This document shows, piece by piece, positions 46,293 through 55,506 of a stretch of 64,000 bases of DNA. A program made the position numbers and the translations under genes. The notes beneath the pieces are model-generated. The model saw only the letters and a program-made list of their open reading frames with translations, did no database searches and was not told the DNA's origin. The DNA is from Candidatus Thorarchaeota archaeon (lineage in GTDB: Archaea; Asgardarchaeota; Thorarchaeia; Thorarchaeales; Thorarchaeaceae): positions 32,001 to 96,000 of the forward strand of contig JAGSHN010000019.1 in assembly GCA_029855935.1 (NCBI GenBank), in the 5' to 3' direction. Position 1 is the first letter of the stretch, and each line of letters starts with the position of its first letter.

Positions 46293-46430
46293 GTCCTGTT
46301 CCGGCTCGCATCACCGAATCGACAGATGAGAGTCATCACAGATCAGGTGAATGAACAAACAAAGTGAAGAACGAAAGAATGAGTGAATGGACGCTCATAG
46401 TAGAAACAAGTCACAGGTAGTTGAAGAACA

Positions 46431-47360
46431 TTGGCTGGAACTTACTTTCAGAACAGAGAACTAGTGGTTCCGGGACAGCTCTTGGCCGAGGGAAGATATC
46501 GTGCCTCGGTCGGCACATACAGTCAGGATGGCCGAATATACTCATCATTGGTCGGCCTAGCCGAGCTGCGCGGAAACACTGTGAAGGTGGTCCCGCTCGA
46601 GGGAGTCTACATCCCACGTGAGGGGGACCTCGTTATTGGTACCATTCTTGTGGTTGCCGGAAACAATTGGAAGGTGGACATTGGGGGGCCTTATCAGGCA
46701 TCGCTGCACGCGAACAACGCACTACGACGCCCCTACGATGACGACATTTCGAGATACATGGACATGGGCGATGTGATCGCTGCAGAGGTGATTGCCTTCG
46801 ATCGGAACACTGGTCCGTTCCTCTCAATGAGAGGTAGGGGACTTAGAAAGCTGACCGACGGAATGGTCCTTGAGGTCAGTCCGGCGAAGATACCTCGCAT
46901 CATTGGTCGTCGCGGCTCGATGATAACGATGATCAAGAATCGTCTCCACATCCAGACGATCGTCGGACAGAACGGTCGCATCTGGATAAAGGCGCCCAAT
47001 ACTGCGATTCTCCGTATTGCCATCAAGGCATTTCGGATGATTGAGGAACAGGCGCACACTACAAAGCTGACAGACCGTGTCAGTCAGATGCTGGATGAGG
47101 AGCTGCGGGCAATTCGCGGCGAGAAGGAGGCGCAGAGAGAGGCGACCCCGGAGTTGCCTGAGAAAGGTGCTGCTGATGCCGAGGGGGCCACGGCCGAGAC
47201 GATGACCGCGACCGCGGCTGAGACTGTGGCCGAGGCAACGACCGGGACCGCAGCTGACGCGAAGACTGAGCCTGGCTCTCAAGCCGAGGCCAACACCGGC
47301 ACACAGAGTGGAGAGACGCTGACCAAAGAAGATGATGACAAGGAGGACGTGAGTGAATAA
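46431..47360 (+). CDS. rrp4: Exosome RNA-binding subunit Rrp4 with long acidic tail
   Basis: VVPGQLL, YIPREGDLVIG, KIPRIIGRRGSM, VGQNGRIW. Confidence 0.95.
   Translation: MAGTYFQNRELVVPGQLLAEGRYRASVGTYSQDGRIYSSLVGLAELRGNTVKVVPLEGVYIPREGDLVIGTILVVAGNNWKVDIGGPYQASLHANNALRRPYDDDISRYMDMGDVIAAEVIAFDRNTGPFLSMRGRGLRKLTDGMVLEVSPAKIPRIIGRRGSMITMIKNRLHIQTIVGQNGRIWIKAPNTAILRIAIKAFRMIEEQAHTTKLTDRVSQMLDEELRAIRGEKEAQREATPELPEKGAADAEGATAETMTATAAETVAEATTGTAADAKTEPGSQAEANTGTQSGETLTKEDDDKEDVSE
47190..47258 (+). repeat. Degenerate 36-nt tandem repeat in the Rrp4 tail
   Basis: TAETMTATAAE-T / VAEATTGTAAD, 12-aa period. Confidence 0.55.
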
Positions 47361-48172
47361 TGAGTCCCGAGATTAAGCCCGACTTTCTAATCAGTCCAGA
47401 GGGACTGCGTGTCGACGGGCGAAGACCAGATGAGTTGCGCCCAATCGAGCTTGAGGTGGGCGTGTTGAAGACCGCTGATGGCTCTGCCATGATAAAGCAG
47501 GGCAAGACGCATATTATCGCTGCAGTGTACGGTCCGCGGGAACTGCATCCGCGCCATCTCACACTGAACGACAAGGCCTATCTGCGCTGCGTCTATCGGA
47601 TGGCGACCTTCTCGGTACCGGACCGGAAGAGGCCTGCACCGTCTCGCAGAGAACGTGAGATATCGATGGTCATTACCAACGCGCTTGAGCCTGCGCTATT
47701 CCTTGAGGAGTTCCCGCGCACTGTCGTTGACGTCTTCATACAGGTGATTCAGGCTGATGGCGGCACCAGGTGCGCTGCAATCAATGCAGCGTCTCTGGCA
47801 CTGGCTGACGCGGGCATCCCGATGAGGAGCCTTGTCCCTGCGGTTGCTGTCGGGAAGGCTGATGGGGTCCTGATTGTGGACCTTGGCGATGCAGAGGACA
47901 AATACGGAGAGGGTGACGTGCCAATGGCAGTACTTCCGTCCACTGGTGAGATAACCCTTCTCCAGCAGGACGGCTCCTTCACGAAGGAGGAGTTGCTCGA
48001 GGCGATTCAGATGGGCCTCAACGCCTGCACGTACATCCACGAGCTTCAGAAGGACGCCCTGAAACGTGCATACCTGAGGAAGACTCCGGAGAAGGAGGAC
48101 GAGGACGAGTACGAGGACGACCTTGAGACCGACCTCGGCGAGTCGGAGCTACCAGAGGAGGCTGATGAGTGA
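47360..48172 (+). CDS. rrp41: Exosome complex exonuclease Rrp41
   Basis: R.DGR..DELR, AVYGPRE, QADGGTR, DL...ED..G..D. Confidence 0.96.
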   Translation: MSPEIKPDFLISPEGLRVDGRRPDELRPIELEVGVLKTADGSAMIKQGKTHIIAAVYGPRELHPRHLTLNDKAYLRCVYRMATFSVPDRKRPAPSRREREISMVITNALEPALFLEEFPRTVVDVFIQVIQADGGTRCAAINAASLALADAGIPMRSLVPAVAVGKADGVLIVDLGDAEDKYGEGDVPMAVLPSTGEITLLQQDGSFTKEELLEAIQMGLNACTYIHELQKDALKRAYLRKTPEKEDEDEYEDDLETDLGESELPEEADE

Positions 48173-49002
48173 TGGGAGACTTCAGTGCGGAGACTATCAG
48201 TCATATTGACAGGAAATACGTTCAGGACCTGCTGGCGAAGGGCGAGCGTGTCGACGGGCGTGCCTTCGACGAGTACCGTGACATTGAGATTCAGGTGGAT
48301 GTCGTGGCCGCCAAGTCCGAGGGCTCAGCCATCGCACGTATCGGCGACACCCGCGTCATTGCTGGTGTGAAAGTCCTTGTTGGAGAGCCGTATCCGGACA
48401 CACCTGACGAGGGCGTCACTATGATCACTGCGGAGATGGCGCCAATCGCTTCGCCGCTCTTCGAGGTTGGTCCTCCCAAAGAGGATGCAATCGAGCTCGC
48501 CAGAGTTGTAGACCGTGGTGTCCGCGAGTCTGAGTCAGTCGATGTCAAGGGTCTGGTGATAGAGCCCGGCAAGAAGGTCTACATGGTCTTCTGTGACCTC
48601 TACACGCTGGAGTACGACGGAAATCTCATTGACGCGTGCTCTCTGGCCGCAAACGCGGCACTGCTGAGCACAAAGTTCGCGGAGATGAAGCTCGAGGACG
48701 ACGAGGTCGTACCGACTGGCCGTGAACTTGAGATACCGATCAAGAATCTTGCAGTGGAGTGTACCGTTTCCAAGATTGGAGAGCATCTGGTTGTTGACCC
48801 GGTGCTCAAAGAAGAGATGGTCCAGGACTGCCGGCTCACTATGGCAGTCGACCTCAACGATCACTTCACGGCCATGCAGAAGGGTGGCGGCACTGGCCCC
48901 ATTGCGCTGAAACAGGTCGAGGAGGCAATGGACATCGCCCTTGAGAAGGCCCAGGCACTTCGCGAGGTGATCTTTGAGGCTACGGGACGGCGCATCGGTT
49001 AG
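48169..49002 (+). CDS. rrp42: Exosome complex subunit Rrp42
   Basis: R.DGRAFDEYR, PYPDTP.EG, ELARVVDRGVRES, DGNL.DA. Confidence 0.96.
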   Translation: MMGDFSAETISHIDRKYVQDLLAKGERVDGRAFDEYRDIEIQVDVVAAKSEGSAIARIGDTRVIAGVKVLVGEPYPDTPDEGVTMITAEMAPIASPLFEVGPPKEDAIELARVVDRGVRESESVDVKGLVIEPGKKVYMVFCDLYTLEYDGNLIDACSLAANAALLSTKFAEMKLEDDEVVPTGRELEIPIKNLAVECTVSKIGEHLVVDPVLKEEMVQDCRLTMAVDLNDHFTAMQKGGGTGPIALKQVEEAMDIALEKAQALREVIFEATGRRIG

Positions 49003-49114
49003 GCTTGTCCTGACCGTGCCCCTCTCCCCTCTCCCAGCACAACTAGGCGCCAGCTCCTGCTCGTCTGGATCATCGTCCTGTGATGCCCTCTCGAAGTGGG
49101 GCTGGACAGATACG

Positions 49115-49235
49115 CTAATAAGGCGAACCGACGGGCGACTGATTGGCTCCGGCAGGCCCGTTGTGCGTCGTAAACACGATGACGAGTTCGGAGTCCGTGA
49201 TGATCACAGCAGTATAGAGATAGGAGACTGTTGAC
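49115..49235 (+). promoter_or_regulatory. Internal promoter and hairpin leader of rpl37ae
   Basis: TATA-like CTAATAA 49115-49121; GGCTCCG(49145-51)/CGGAGTC(49189-95) closing an inner CGTCGT-AAAC-ACGATG hairpin. Confidence 0.45.
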
Positions 49236-49643
49236 TTGGCGCGAACCAAGAAGGTTGGAAGCACAGGACGTTTCGGTCCACGCTACGGTGCGAAGCTACG
49301 CCGGCGAGTATTGGAGATAGAGCGTAAGAGAGCCGAACCACACCGTTGTCCATCCTGTGCGACGAGAGGGTCGGTCCGCAGAAGGGCTGCAGGTCTCTGG
49401 GAGTGTCGGAAGTGCGGTCTGGTCTTTGCTGGAGGTGCATACGTACCGTTCACCGATGCCGGAAAGGCTGCGCGACGGGCCATCGCTCAGAGAGTCTCCG
49501 ACAGCCTGCTTGCTCTTCGCGAGGCCGAGGAGCGGGAGGCGGAGGCCAAGGTCGCGCCCACGCCAGAGATCGAGACGATTCCCGAGGTGGAGGTCACCGA
49601 CAAGGCCCAGCCTGAGGATGCGGGACAGGGCCCAGAGAACTAG
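49236..49643 (+). CDS. rpl37ae: 50S ribosomal protein L37ae (eL43) with acidic C-terminal extension
   Basis: TKKVGSTGRFGPRYG, CPSC..W.C.KC, FAGGAY. Confidence 0.95.
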   Translation: MARTKKVGSTGRFGPRYGAKLRRRVLEIERKRAEPHRCPSCATRGSVRRRAAGLWECRKCGLVFAGGAYVPFTDAGKAARRAIAQRVSDSLLALREAEEREAEAKVAPTPEIETIPEVEVTDKAQPEDAGQGPEN

Positions 49644-49673
49644 ACCTGTCATCAACTTGGCAGACCTCTGACG

Positions 49674-50240
49674 TTGATGCTCCTCATCACAACCTCCCGG
49701 CGTACTTCGAACAGGGTTCGGTCGTTTGTCCGCGACTTGGAGAGCGTTTTGCCCCCCAGCCAGCGGTTCAACCGCGGCAATATGGGGATGGAGGAGCTGG
49801 TGCAGCGTGTTCTCTCCTCCGGGGCAAAGGCGGCTCTTATTGTCACTCTGCACAAGGGCAATCCCGGAGTGCTTCGCGTCATATACCCCGATGGCAGCGA
49901 ACGTGTCAGGCTGAAGATAGAGAGTGCGGCACTCCGCCGTGAGGTGCTTCCGCGGCGCAAGATCCGTATAGAGCGCATCAACTCTCTTACAATCCCTCCT
50001 GCCGCCTCTCTGCAGACATCCCGGCTTGCGGACCAGCTGGGAGAGATTCTGGACGTTCCTGTCGAGGAGATCCACCATCTCCAGTCAATGGGACCTGATG
50101 GTCGTGGTGCCGTCGACATACGTCTGACAGACTTATACGGGGGCAGAACTCTATGGACACATCACTATGCAGAGGACGGCGTGGAGATAGGCCCCCGGAT
50201 CCGCATCGCCGCTGCGAGGTGGAACTATGACGGCGGCTAG
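49674..50240 (+). CDS. Brix/Imp4-domain ribosome biogenesis protein
   Basis: ITTSRR.S.RVRSF, NRG.M, KGNP, EIGP. Confidence 0.85.
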   Translation: MMLLITTSRRTSNRVRSFVRDLESVLPPSQRFNRGNMGMEELVQRVLSSGAKAALIVTLHKGNPGVLRVIYPDGSERVRLKIESAALRREVLPRRKIRIERINSLTIPPAASLQTSRLADQLGEILDVPVEEIHHLQSMGPDGRGAVDIRLTDLYGGRTLWTHHYAEDGVEIGPRIRIAAARWNYDGG

Positions 50241-50511
50241 GACCTCTTGGCTCAGGGGTGGAGAAGTGAGGCTTGAGCTGGAGCTCCATTCCCCGGAGCA
50301 GGTGGAGACCCTTCTGACGGCGCTGGCACCAGAGACGGAGTCAGCCCCCTCTGACCGTTCGAAGGTCCGCCTCCGTTCAGAGGGTCGGACACTGATCATC
50401 CACATCACCGCAGAGGACCTTGTAGCGCTGCGTGCAGCAACAAACTCCTATCTCTCCTGGGTCTCAGCGTGCCAACGGGCTATGGACGCGGTGACAGGCC
50501 AAAAGCCTTAA
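50227..50511 (+). CDS. pcc1: KEOPS complex subunit Pcc1
   Basis: AL.PE, I.AEDL.ALRAA.NSYL.W; synteny. Confidence 0.88.
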   Translation: MTAARTSWLRGGEVRLELELHSPEQVETLLTALAPETESAPSDRSKVRLRSEGRTLIIHITAEDLVALRAATNSYLSWVSACQRAMDAVTGQKP

Positions 50512-50566
50512 GTCCCGTGCGCTGAGGCGCAGTCAAGCGGTCCGAGTTTTAGGGAGACTGAACGGT

Positions 50567-50923
50567 ATGGCGCAGCGGTTACCCCCCGAAGTCGAACAGG
50601 AGTATATGAAGTACGAGAACCTGCGGAGGCAGTACGAGGCCCTTCAGGTGGCAGTCCAGTCCATGAAGAACGAGTTGACGGAGCTCTCGACGACGCTCGA
50701 GGAGCTATCAAAGATCCCTGATGACACTGTGACGTACAGGGTCGTCGGTCAGGTCATGTTTCGTGTTGACAAGCCCGCTCTCGTCGAGACTCTTGAGGAC
50801 AGGAAGCGGACGACGGAGATTGCCCTAGAGTCCTACAAGAAGAAGCTGGACGCGAGCGTCGAGAAGCTGCAGGAGCTCGGCGCCAAGCTTCAGGCGGAGT
50901 TCGCAAAACTGGGAATCAAGTAA
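50567..50923 (+). CDS. pfdB: Prefoldin beta subunit
   Basis: LPPEV, coiled coils flanking YRVVGQVMF hairpin. Confidence 0.9.
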   Translation: MAQRLPPEVEQEYMKYENLRRQYEALQVAVQSMKNELTELSTTLEELSKIPDDTVTYRVVGQVMFRVDKPALVETLEDRKRTTEIALESYKKKLDASVEKLQELGAKLQAEFAKLGIK

Positions 50924-50929
50924 GGGATT

Positions 50930-51232
50930 GTGATGGTGCGGGTCACAGAGGTCGGTCTGCCAGACCTGAGCGAGGACGACATTCACCGGCTCGCGGAAGA
51001 GTGCGAGGGAGAGATCACACGGTTCATTCTGCGAATGGTCCCGGAGAAGAGCATAGACGAACTGATAGTGACGTGCAGTATCGACCTCAGTGACGTTCTC
51101 ACTCTGGACGTTGACATTGAGCTGTCACAGAAGTACAGCACGGGCCACTCTCTGGATGAGGTGATCGAGCAGGCCGCAGAACACGGTCAGGACTGGCTTG
51201 AGCAACGTCTTCTGGAGATGAAGCATAATTGA
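50930..51232 (+). CDS. DUF3194-like protein
   Basis: GLPDLSEDDI..LAE; conserved position after pfdB. Confidence 0.65.
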   Translation: MMVRVTEVGLPDLSEDDIHRLAEECEGEITRFILRMVPEKSIDELIVTCSIDLSDVLTLDVDIELSQKYSTGHSLDEVIEQAAEHGQDWLEQRLLEMKHN

Positions 51233-52233
51233 ACGTGAGGGACCTCCTCCGCCGCTCTGATAGAGTCCTTGTGGTGGGACACCACAATGCCGACCCGGAC
51301 GCCGTGTGCTCGATGATAGCCCTAGCCGATCTCTATCATCAGATCAATCCGAAGGGCGAAGTGACACTGGCCTGTGAGGATGTGAGCAAGCTCGCTACAC
51401 AGGTTGTGGGTGTCTTTGGGCCTGTACCGATGATACTTGAGAACATCGACAAGGACGCCGAGTTTGACCTAGTTGTACTGGTTGATGTCAACAATGTCTT
51501 CCAGCTCGGTGAGCTACACGACCTTGTGAGGGATCCCTCCCGCACGCTGGTGATTGATCATCACGGTATGAGCCCGGAGGTCGGCTCTGTGGCAGAACAT
51601 CTTGTGATTGATAGTGACCGGTCATCGACGTGTGAGATCATAGTCCGCCTCTTCTCTCAGGCCGGCACTCCGCTCAAGCCGTACATTGCTAACCTCCTAC
51701 TGTGTGGCATCCTCTATGACACTCGTAGGTTCTACTATGGTGACTCTGACACTCTCCGGACAGCAATCTCACTGATTGAGGCTGGTGCGGACTACTCGGC
51801 CTGTCTCCGGGCCCTCGTGATGCGTCCTGATCGCTCTGAGAGGATTGCGCGCCTCAAGGCTGCGAGCCGGCTGAAGATTCATCTCATTGGCGACTGGATT
51901 GTTGTGACATCGAAGGTGAGCGCGTTCGAGGCCAGCGCCTGCCGCTCACTGCTCGACCTTGGCGCTGATGTGGCCATAGTGGGTGGAAAACCCTCCAAAG
52001 AGGTTGTCCGACTCAGTTCGCGGAGCACGAATGAGTTCTACAGAAGGACGGGTGTTGATCTTGGTCGCGACGTGATGACTCCCCTAGGGGAACTGATCGG
52101 TGGTGAGGGCGGTGGTCATCCCAATGCCGCCGGTGCCAATGGTACTCGCAACAGGGACAGGGCCCTGAAGATGGCTGTGGAGCTGATACGTGCCGCCATT
52201 GAGCGGGGCTCGTCAGAGTCTGTCTCGATGTAG
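51229..52233 (+). CDS. DHH family phosphoesterase
   Basis: H.NADPDA, LVD, IDHH, SSTCE, GGGHPNAAG. Confidence 0.9.
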   Translation: MNVRDLLRRSDRVLVVGHHNADPDAVCSMIALADLYHQINPKGEVTLACEDVSKLATQVVGVFGPVPMILENIDKDAEFDLVVLVDVNNVFQLGELHDLVRDPSRTLVIDHHGMSPEVGSVAEHLVIDSDRSSTCEIIVRLFSQAGTPLKPYIANLLLCGILYDTRRFYYGDSDTLRTAISLIEAGADYSACLRALVMRPDRSERIARLKAASRLKIHLIGDWIVVTSKVSAFEASACRSLLDLGADVAIVGGKPSKEVVRLSSRSTNEFYRRTGVDLGRDVMTPLGELIGGEGGGHPNAAGANGTRNRDRALKMAVELIRAAIERGSSESVSM

Positions 52234-52247
52234 GAGGTGTTCGGTCC

Positions 52248-53093
52248 ATGGCTCTCATCGAGTGGCACGACTTCTCCTTCAAGTATCTTGGCACTGAGAG
52301 TCTTGCTCTCAATAAGATCAACCTGTCAATCGAGGCAGGCGAATACGTGGTCATCACGGGGCCGTCCGGCTGCGGAAAGACCACACTGTGTCGCACAATC
52401 AATGCTCTTGTCCCCCAGTTCCACAGAGGGTATATTGCCGGAGACGTCATTGTCGACTCGAAGAACACCCGTGAGCACTCTGTTGCCGAGATGGCCACCA
52501 CAGTCGGCCTTGTGTTTCAGAATCCCGCAAACCAGCTCGTCACTCTCAATGTGATGAGGGAGCTGGCATTCGGCCCCGAGAACCTCGGCGTCCCACCTGA
52601 TGAGATTCGCGAACGCGTGGAGGAGCTGATCTCCCTGTTCGGTCTCGAGGACCTCCGCGACAAGCATCCGCATGAGATGTCTGGTGGCGAGCAGCAGCGG
52701 GTGGCCCTTGCTGCGACCTTGGCGTTGCGTCCCAAGATACTCGTTGCCGACGAGCCAACCTCGAATCTCGACCCACAGAGTGCCGAACAGATACTTCGTT
52801 TCGTTGCTGACCTCAACAGACAGGGTATGACAGTGGTCCTTGTGGAGCACAGGCTCGACCTTGTGGCACGTGATGCCACTCGAATTGTCCTGATGAACGA
52901 GGGGTCAGTCGTTGCTGACGGTCCTCCGCGTGAGGTATTGACGATGGACATCTGTCGCAAGATCGGTGTGGGTGTTCCGAAGGCGGTGGAACTGTATCTC
53001 CGTCTGGCAAAGAGGGGCATCAGACTTCGTGAGGTACCCCTCACGAGCGACGAGGTGGCGCGCCTTGTCCAGGAGGTGGTGTCTGCAGTATGA
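52248..53093 (+). CDS. ecfA1: ECF transporter ATPase A1
   Basis: GPSGCGKTT, VFQNP..Q, FGPENLG, MSGGEQQR. Confidence 0.88.
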   Translation: MALIEWHDFSFKYLGTESLALNKINLSIEAGEYVVITGPSGCGKTTLCRTINALVPQFHRGYIAGDVIVDSKNTREHSVAEMATTVGLVFQNPANQLVTLNVMRELAFGPENLGVPPDEIRERVEELISLFGLEDLRDKHPHEMSGGEQQRVALAATLALRPKILVADEPTSNLDPQSAEQILRFVADLNRQGMTVVLVEHRLDLVARDATRIVLMNEGSVVADGPPREVLTMDICRKIGVGVPKAVELYLRLAKRGIRLREVPLTSDEVARLVQEVVSAV

Positions 53094-53917
53094 TCATCCT
53101 TGAGGATGTCCACTATGCCTATGACGGCGTCTATCCCGCGCTCAGGGGTGTTTCACTGCAGATTGATGATGGCGAGTCTGTGGCGATAATGGGTACAAAT
53201 GGCGCAGGCAAGACGACACTGATAAAGCATCTCAATGGACTTCTGCGGCCCGACCGAGGCCGTGTGTTCATAGATGGTGTGGACACATCCACGATGTCTG
53301 TGGCTGAGCTCTCGAGAATCGTCGGACTGGTCTGGCAGAATCCCGACCATCAGTTGTTCCTCGAGTCGGTGGAGAAGGAGGTCATATTCGGCCTCAAGAA
53401 TCTCGGGTTCTCGGATGAGGAGGCGAGAGAGCGCTGCGATGTCACGCTGAGAGATCTGGGTATTGAACATCTGGCCCAGAGATCCCCCTTCACGCTGTCT
53501 GGTGGCGAGCGCAAGCGCGTGACACTTGCCTGTGTTCTGGCCACGGAACCGCGTGTTCTCGCCTTGGATGAGCCGACAATCGGTCAGGACGCACTCCAGA
53601 AGGCCCGACTTGGCGCTATGCTGCAGGCGATGAACGCGTCTGGCCGGACCGTCATTGTTGTCACGCATGATGTGGAGTTCGCGGTGGAAAACTTCAATCG
53701 GACAATTGCTATGGCCGACGGCCGGATAGTTGCGGATGGCCCTACAAGGTCTGTCTTGAGTAACGATCGCGTCATAGAACAATGTTCACTCTCTCCTCCA
53801 CAGATGACCCTCACTGCGAGAGCCCTGAACAGGCTCTTTCCGGATGTTCCCACTCGTCTTGCCTTTGTGGAGGAGGTCGAGTCACAGATCGTGCGGCTGC
53901 TGGGAGGAGGCGAGTGA
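53090..53917 (+). CDS. ecfA2: ECF transporter ATPase A2
   Basis: GTNGAGKTT, QNPDHQLF, PFTLSGGERKR, LDEPT.GQD. Confidence 0.88.
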   Translation: MIILEDVHYAYDGVYPALRGVSLQIDDGESVAIMGTNGAGKTTLIKHLNGLLRPDRGRVFIDGVDTSTMSVAELSRIVGLVWQNPDHQLFLESVEKEVIFGLKNLGFSDEEARERCDVTLRDLGIEHLAQRSPFTLSGGERKRVTLACVLATEPRVLALDEPTIGQDALQKARLGAMLQAMNASGRTVIVVTHDVEFAVENFNRTIAMADGRIVADGPTRSVLSNDRVIEQCSLSPPQMTLTARALNRLFPDVPTRLAFVEEVESQIVRLLGGGE

Positions 53918-53918
53918 G

Positions 53919-54689
53919 ATGTCATTCCTCGAGGTCTTCCAGTACACTCGTCAGGACTCTGTCATCCACAGGCTCGATCCGCGTTCGAAGTTCGTCTTCT
54001 CAGGAACGTGTGCGGCCATCTCTCTGATGTTCCTCCAGATAGTCCCGCTCACAATCCTGCTCTTCGCCCTCATCCCTCTGTTGGCCGTCGCCAAGTCACT
54101 CGGCCGCTGGATGCGGAGCATGAGAGGTCTCCTTGGCCTCATCCTATTCATAATGGTCTTCAACACACTCTTTGCCACCGTCCCTCATCCGCTATCATAC
54201 TCTATCGCACTGACGCTTCGCCTCATTGCCCTGATGACATCATTCTCACTCTTCTTTCTGACAGTCCATCCGGACGACCTCTCACAGGCGCTGATTCAGC
54301 TGCATGTCAAGTTCGAGTTTGCCTTCGCGATGAGCATGGCAATGAGGTACGTGCCGACGCTTGCTCAAGAGGCTTATGCAATAATGGACGCTCAGAAGGC
54401 CCGCGGTGTTGAACTGGACAAGGGCAACCTCCTCCGTCGTATCAAGAACGTCATCCCGATAATCGTGCCGCTGATAGTGGTGTCCATCCGGAGAGCCCTG
54501 TCAGTGGCAGAGAGCATGGAATCGAGAGGCTTTGGCGCCAGTGAGAATCGCACCTATCTTGAGCGTCTGCAGTTTCGACGTGGTGATTGGGCCGTCGTAC
54601 TGGTCTCGCTGCTGCTTCTCGCCAGTGCGGTCTACATCCGATACTGGCTTGGTCTGCCCGCATGGATGATGTGGGAGTTGCCTCTCTGA
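53919..54689 (+). CDS. ecfT: ECF transporter transmembrane component T
   Basis: HRLDPRSK, AQKARG, MESRGF. Confidence 0.9.
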   Translation: MSFLEVFQYTRQDSVIHRLDPRSKFVFSGTCAAISLMFLQIVPLTILLFALIPLLAVAKSLGRWMRSMRGLLGLILFIMVFNTLFATVPHPLSYSIALTLRLIALMTSFSLFFLTVHPDDLSQALIQLHVKFEFAFAMSMAMRYVPTLAQEAYAIMDAQKARGVELDKGNLLRRIKNVIPIIVPLIVVSIRRALSVAESMESRGFGASENRTYLERLQFRRGDWAVVLVSLLLLASAVYIRYWLGLPAWMMWELPL

Positions 54690-54777
54690 GACTGCGGGTA
54701 GTCGTGCTGTCTACGGTGTTCCTGCTACCAGTCTTGTGTCATAGTTTATCTTGTAGTAGTGCATCTGTATACGTGCA

Positions 54778-55362
54778 ATGAATCCCATCAAAGGCGTCAA
54801 GCTTCCGCGTCGCAGATCGTATACATTGAAGCGACTCCTGCAGGATGCAATGACGATTCAAGCGACACCCGGGGTCATCCAGAGACTGGGGAGCGAGGTC
54901 ATCTATGCGGAGTGGAAGTTTGCGCAGGAGCAATTTGGGCCTGACAGTCCGATAACCCAGGGCCTGGCGAAGGCGCTCAGCTTTATGGAGAAGGAGTACG
55001 AGCGCATGCTTCTGGAGGGCGAGATCTCATCGCCCACTGACACACCACGGGCGGCCCTACAGAAGCTTCTCAAATCTCTTCCCAAGGAGGCCAAGGATCA
55101 CGTCCTTGTGCGCGACCCAGCCTATATCCATCAGGTCTTGGAGGAGGTTCTCGAGGACAGGCTCCGCGAGCTGGAGCGATGCAGCCAGATCGAGGCGGGC
55201 CTCAGACGCGAGGTTGAGGAGAACCCCGATGACCCTGACCTGTATAATCAGCTCCGTGTGGTTCTGTGGCTCAAGGGTGACTTTGAAGAGTCGAGTAAGG
55301 TCTTCGCACGCGCGAGGGAACTGGGCTGGTCGCCAGACAGGTCTGCGCTTGTGGCCCTGTAG
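54778..55362 (+). CDS. Hypothetical helical protein with a C-terminal TPR-like motif
   Basis: NPDDPDLYNQL..VLW.KGDFEES...F.RA. Confidence 0.65.
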   Translation: MNPIKGVKLPRRRSYTLKRLLQDAMTIQATPGVIQRLGSEVIYAEWKFAQEQFGPDSPITQGLAKALSFMEKEYERMLLEGEISSPTDTPRAALQKLLKSLPKEAKDHVLVRDPAYIHQVLEEVLEDRLRELERCSQIEAGLRREVEENPDDPDLYNQLRVVLWLKGDFEESSKVFARARELGWSPDRSALVAL

Positions 55363-55506
55363 CATCTCTGGATGGTAGGACAGGATGACCTACAACGCGC
55401 AGTCTAGCGCTCGTCGAAGCATTTATTCAAATCTGTGTGCCACGTCGCGGCGTGCCTGTGACAGGCTGTTGCCACCCTGATACGAGTAGTTCGCGGAAGT
55501 GATTGA

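Noticed and set aside
52248-54689. ECF module lacking an S component as a novelty
   Set aside because: Shared EcfAA'T modules with S components encoded elsewhere are well established.
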